From Octopus vulgaris (Eukaryota), in assembly GCA_951406725.2 (NCBI GenBank), contig OX597829.1:40610001-40674000 (forward strand): a stretch of 64,000 nucleotides of DNA. The letters run 5' to 3'. The notes under the pieces are model-generated. The model saw only the letters and a list, made by a program, of their open reading frames with translations. It was not told the DNA's origin and did no database searches. The translations under genes were made by a program, and so were the position numbers. Numbering within the stretch: position 1 is the first letter of the stretch; the number at the start of each line of letters is the position of its first letter. Positions 62,150 to 64,000 of this stretch are shown in pieces.

Positions 62150-62772
62150 AATCATCATCATCATTTAATGTCCATTGTCATTAGGCCTAACTCATCATAA
62201 AGTCAATACTACCGTGACCGATATCCATAATACAGTGGAGAAGGCTAGCCACTGAATTTGGTTAAAAAGAGACGATGAGCAATGGCTTGAGAAATAGTGA
62301 GCTTTATTTAATAACCAGTTGATCTAGCAAGTGGGGCCGCATATCAGTGAAGGGGGTGCCAGTGTGCATTGATGCCGTCAAGAGGTAGGCCCTGAAACGG
62401 TGCTCATTCTCTCCTGATGACCCCATACACTTGCTGGCTTCCAGTATGCGGAGTTCTCGACTGGTAGCACTTGCATGTGCAAGTTGTTTGCAAGACATGT
62501 CCATGCTGGCTGGCATGGGTTGGACGGTTTGACCAGGGCTGGCAAGCCACGGAGCTGCACCTGGTGCCAGTCTGTTTCAGCATCGTTTCTATGGGTAGAT
62601 GCTCCTTCCTAACACCAACCACTTTACATAATACCTGAGTGCTTTTATGCGTGACACCAGTATCTGTCACAACTATGATTTCACTTGGCTTGATGGGTCT
62701 TCTTCTCAAGCACAGGCATATTGCCAAATGTCTCGGTCATTTGTCATTGCCTCTATGAAACCCAACACATGA
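62150..62772 (-). mobile_element. RTE LINE 3' end (ORF2 end plus family-C-like UTR) with a ~320-bp insertion at 62176-62497
   Basis: The minus strand reads VLGFIEAMTNDRDIWQYA/VLEKKTHQAK*, then the UTR and a (GAT)n tail. Confidence 0.7.
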
Positions 62773-63239
62773 TAATAGAATTATTATTATTGTTGTTATT
62801 ATAAAGGCAGCAAGCTGGCAGTACTTTTAGCATGCCGAAGGCGGAGAGCTGGCAGAATCATTAGCACGCCGGGCGAAATACTTAGCAGTGTTTCTTCTGC
62901 CGTACGTTCTGAGTTCAAATTCTGCCGAGGTCAACTTTGCCTTTCATCTTTTTGGGGTCGATTAAATTAAGTACCAGTTACACACTGGGGTCGATGTAAT
63001 CAACTTAATCCGTTTGTCTGTCCTTGTTTGTCCTCTCTGTGTTTAGCCCCTTGTGGATAGTAAAGAAATAAGTATTTTTAGCATGCCAGACAATATGCTT
63101 AACAGCATCTCTCCATCTTTATGTTCTGAGTTCAAATTCCACCAGAGGTTCACTTAAAGAAATACTAGTCAAGTTCTTGGGGTCAATATAATCAACTCCC
63201 CATCCCTCAAAAACAACTGATCCACGCCAAAATTTGAAA

Positions 63240-63240
63240 C

Positions 63241-63273
<33 letters not shown>

Positions 63274-63645
63274 CTTGCTAGTACATTCTAATTTAGTTAG
63301 TAGGTATATTATCTTAAAGTTTGGCAATAACACGTCTCTTCAAATATGAAGAATCTGTTTTTGGTTTCTTGCAAAATAAAGCATGGTACTACTACCTTCC
63401 TGAATGTCGATAATGCAAGTTTCCATTCCAATTTCTTTCAGTTGTTTTGGGTTTTGGTGATAAGTCCACCTATTACTACAGGTGTAAATGTTGTCTTGGT
63501 CTTCCACAGTTTCCTCAGCTCTCCGGCTAGGGCGGTCCTGGTATTTCCCAAGTTTTTCCAGTTCATTTGGTATCAAAGGGAATTGCAGAATCTATGGTCT
63601 TGCACCGTTTATTTATTTTCCTCTGTAACTATATCTAATCTTTTT
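63240..63645 (-). mobile_element. R4/Dong-clade non-LTR retrotransposon 3' end (restriction-like endonuclease relic) with a (TAA)n tail
   Basis: Frameshifted RLDIV...KRCKTIDSAIPFD...EKLGKYQD/LAGELRKLWKTKTTFTPVVIGGL matches PD...D...K..KY..L...W...PVVIG. Confidence 0.75.
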
Positions 63646-63659
63646 TTTTTTTTGTGTTT

Positions 63660-63842
63660 ATACAGCCCCCCCACCCCACCGCCACCATAAATTGACAATT
63701 AGTATTGGCTTGTTTACTGGTCTGTAACTTAGAGATTCAGCAAAAGAGACTGATAAAATAAGTACCAGGCTAATTTGTTTGACTGAATCCACCAAGGCAG
63801 TGCCCCAACATGGCTGCAAATCAATGACTGAAACAAGTAAAA
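63660..63842 (+). mobile_element. SINE family A, 3' half
   Basis: cagcaaaagagactgata...tgactgaaacaagtaaaa. Confidence 0.75.
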
Positions 63843-64000
63843 AAAATCTAAAAATACATATATAAAAAAGGCTATAATTTATTTCACTGTTAATAATTCC
63901 ACAACAACCACCAGGTATAATTATTGGCCACATGCAATAATGCTGTAAAAACATAAAGAATCGTTAGAACTCGTCCAAGCTTTAAATTTTGTCATTCTCT

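Noticed and set aside
62385-62430. GAAA...TC...CTGATGA as a permuted hammerhead
   Set aside because: Stems I and II cannot pair.

Overview
AT-rich, repeat-saturated eukaryotic DNA with no protein-coding exon I can support, so it is probably an intron or gene desert. The SINE families and the dense (TA)n/(CA)n/(GA)n/(CAT)n microsatellites suggest a coleoid cephalopod, probably Octopus (inference, not checked). Most ORFs in the track are translations of microsatellites or repeats. Contents: (i) several tRNA-headed SINE families, called A, B, D and E here, often nested and with target-site duplications (TSDs); (ii) many 5'-truncated RTE-type LINE 3' ends, one family (C) carrying an expandable array of structured ~55-62 bp units; (iii) an R4/Dong-type LINE 3' end; (iv) mariner/Tc1 relics and piggyBac-like, Merlin-like and foldback MITEs. 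The most notable signal is a set of short, unrelated, non-coding elements carrying type I hammerhead ribozyme (HHR) motifs. They mostly sit in (TA)n tracts and are often built as asymmetric palindromes, which is the architecture of Penelope-like element (PLE) pseudo-LTRs or retrozyme-like elements. Several have variant catalytic cores (GUGAACA with a G3-C8 swap, CCGAUGA, CUGUUGA). Repeat boundaries were read by eye and may be off by a few to tens of bases.
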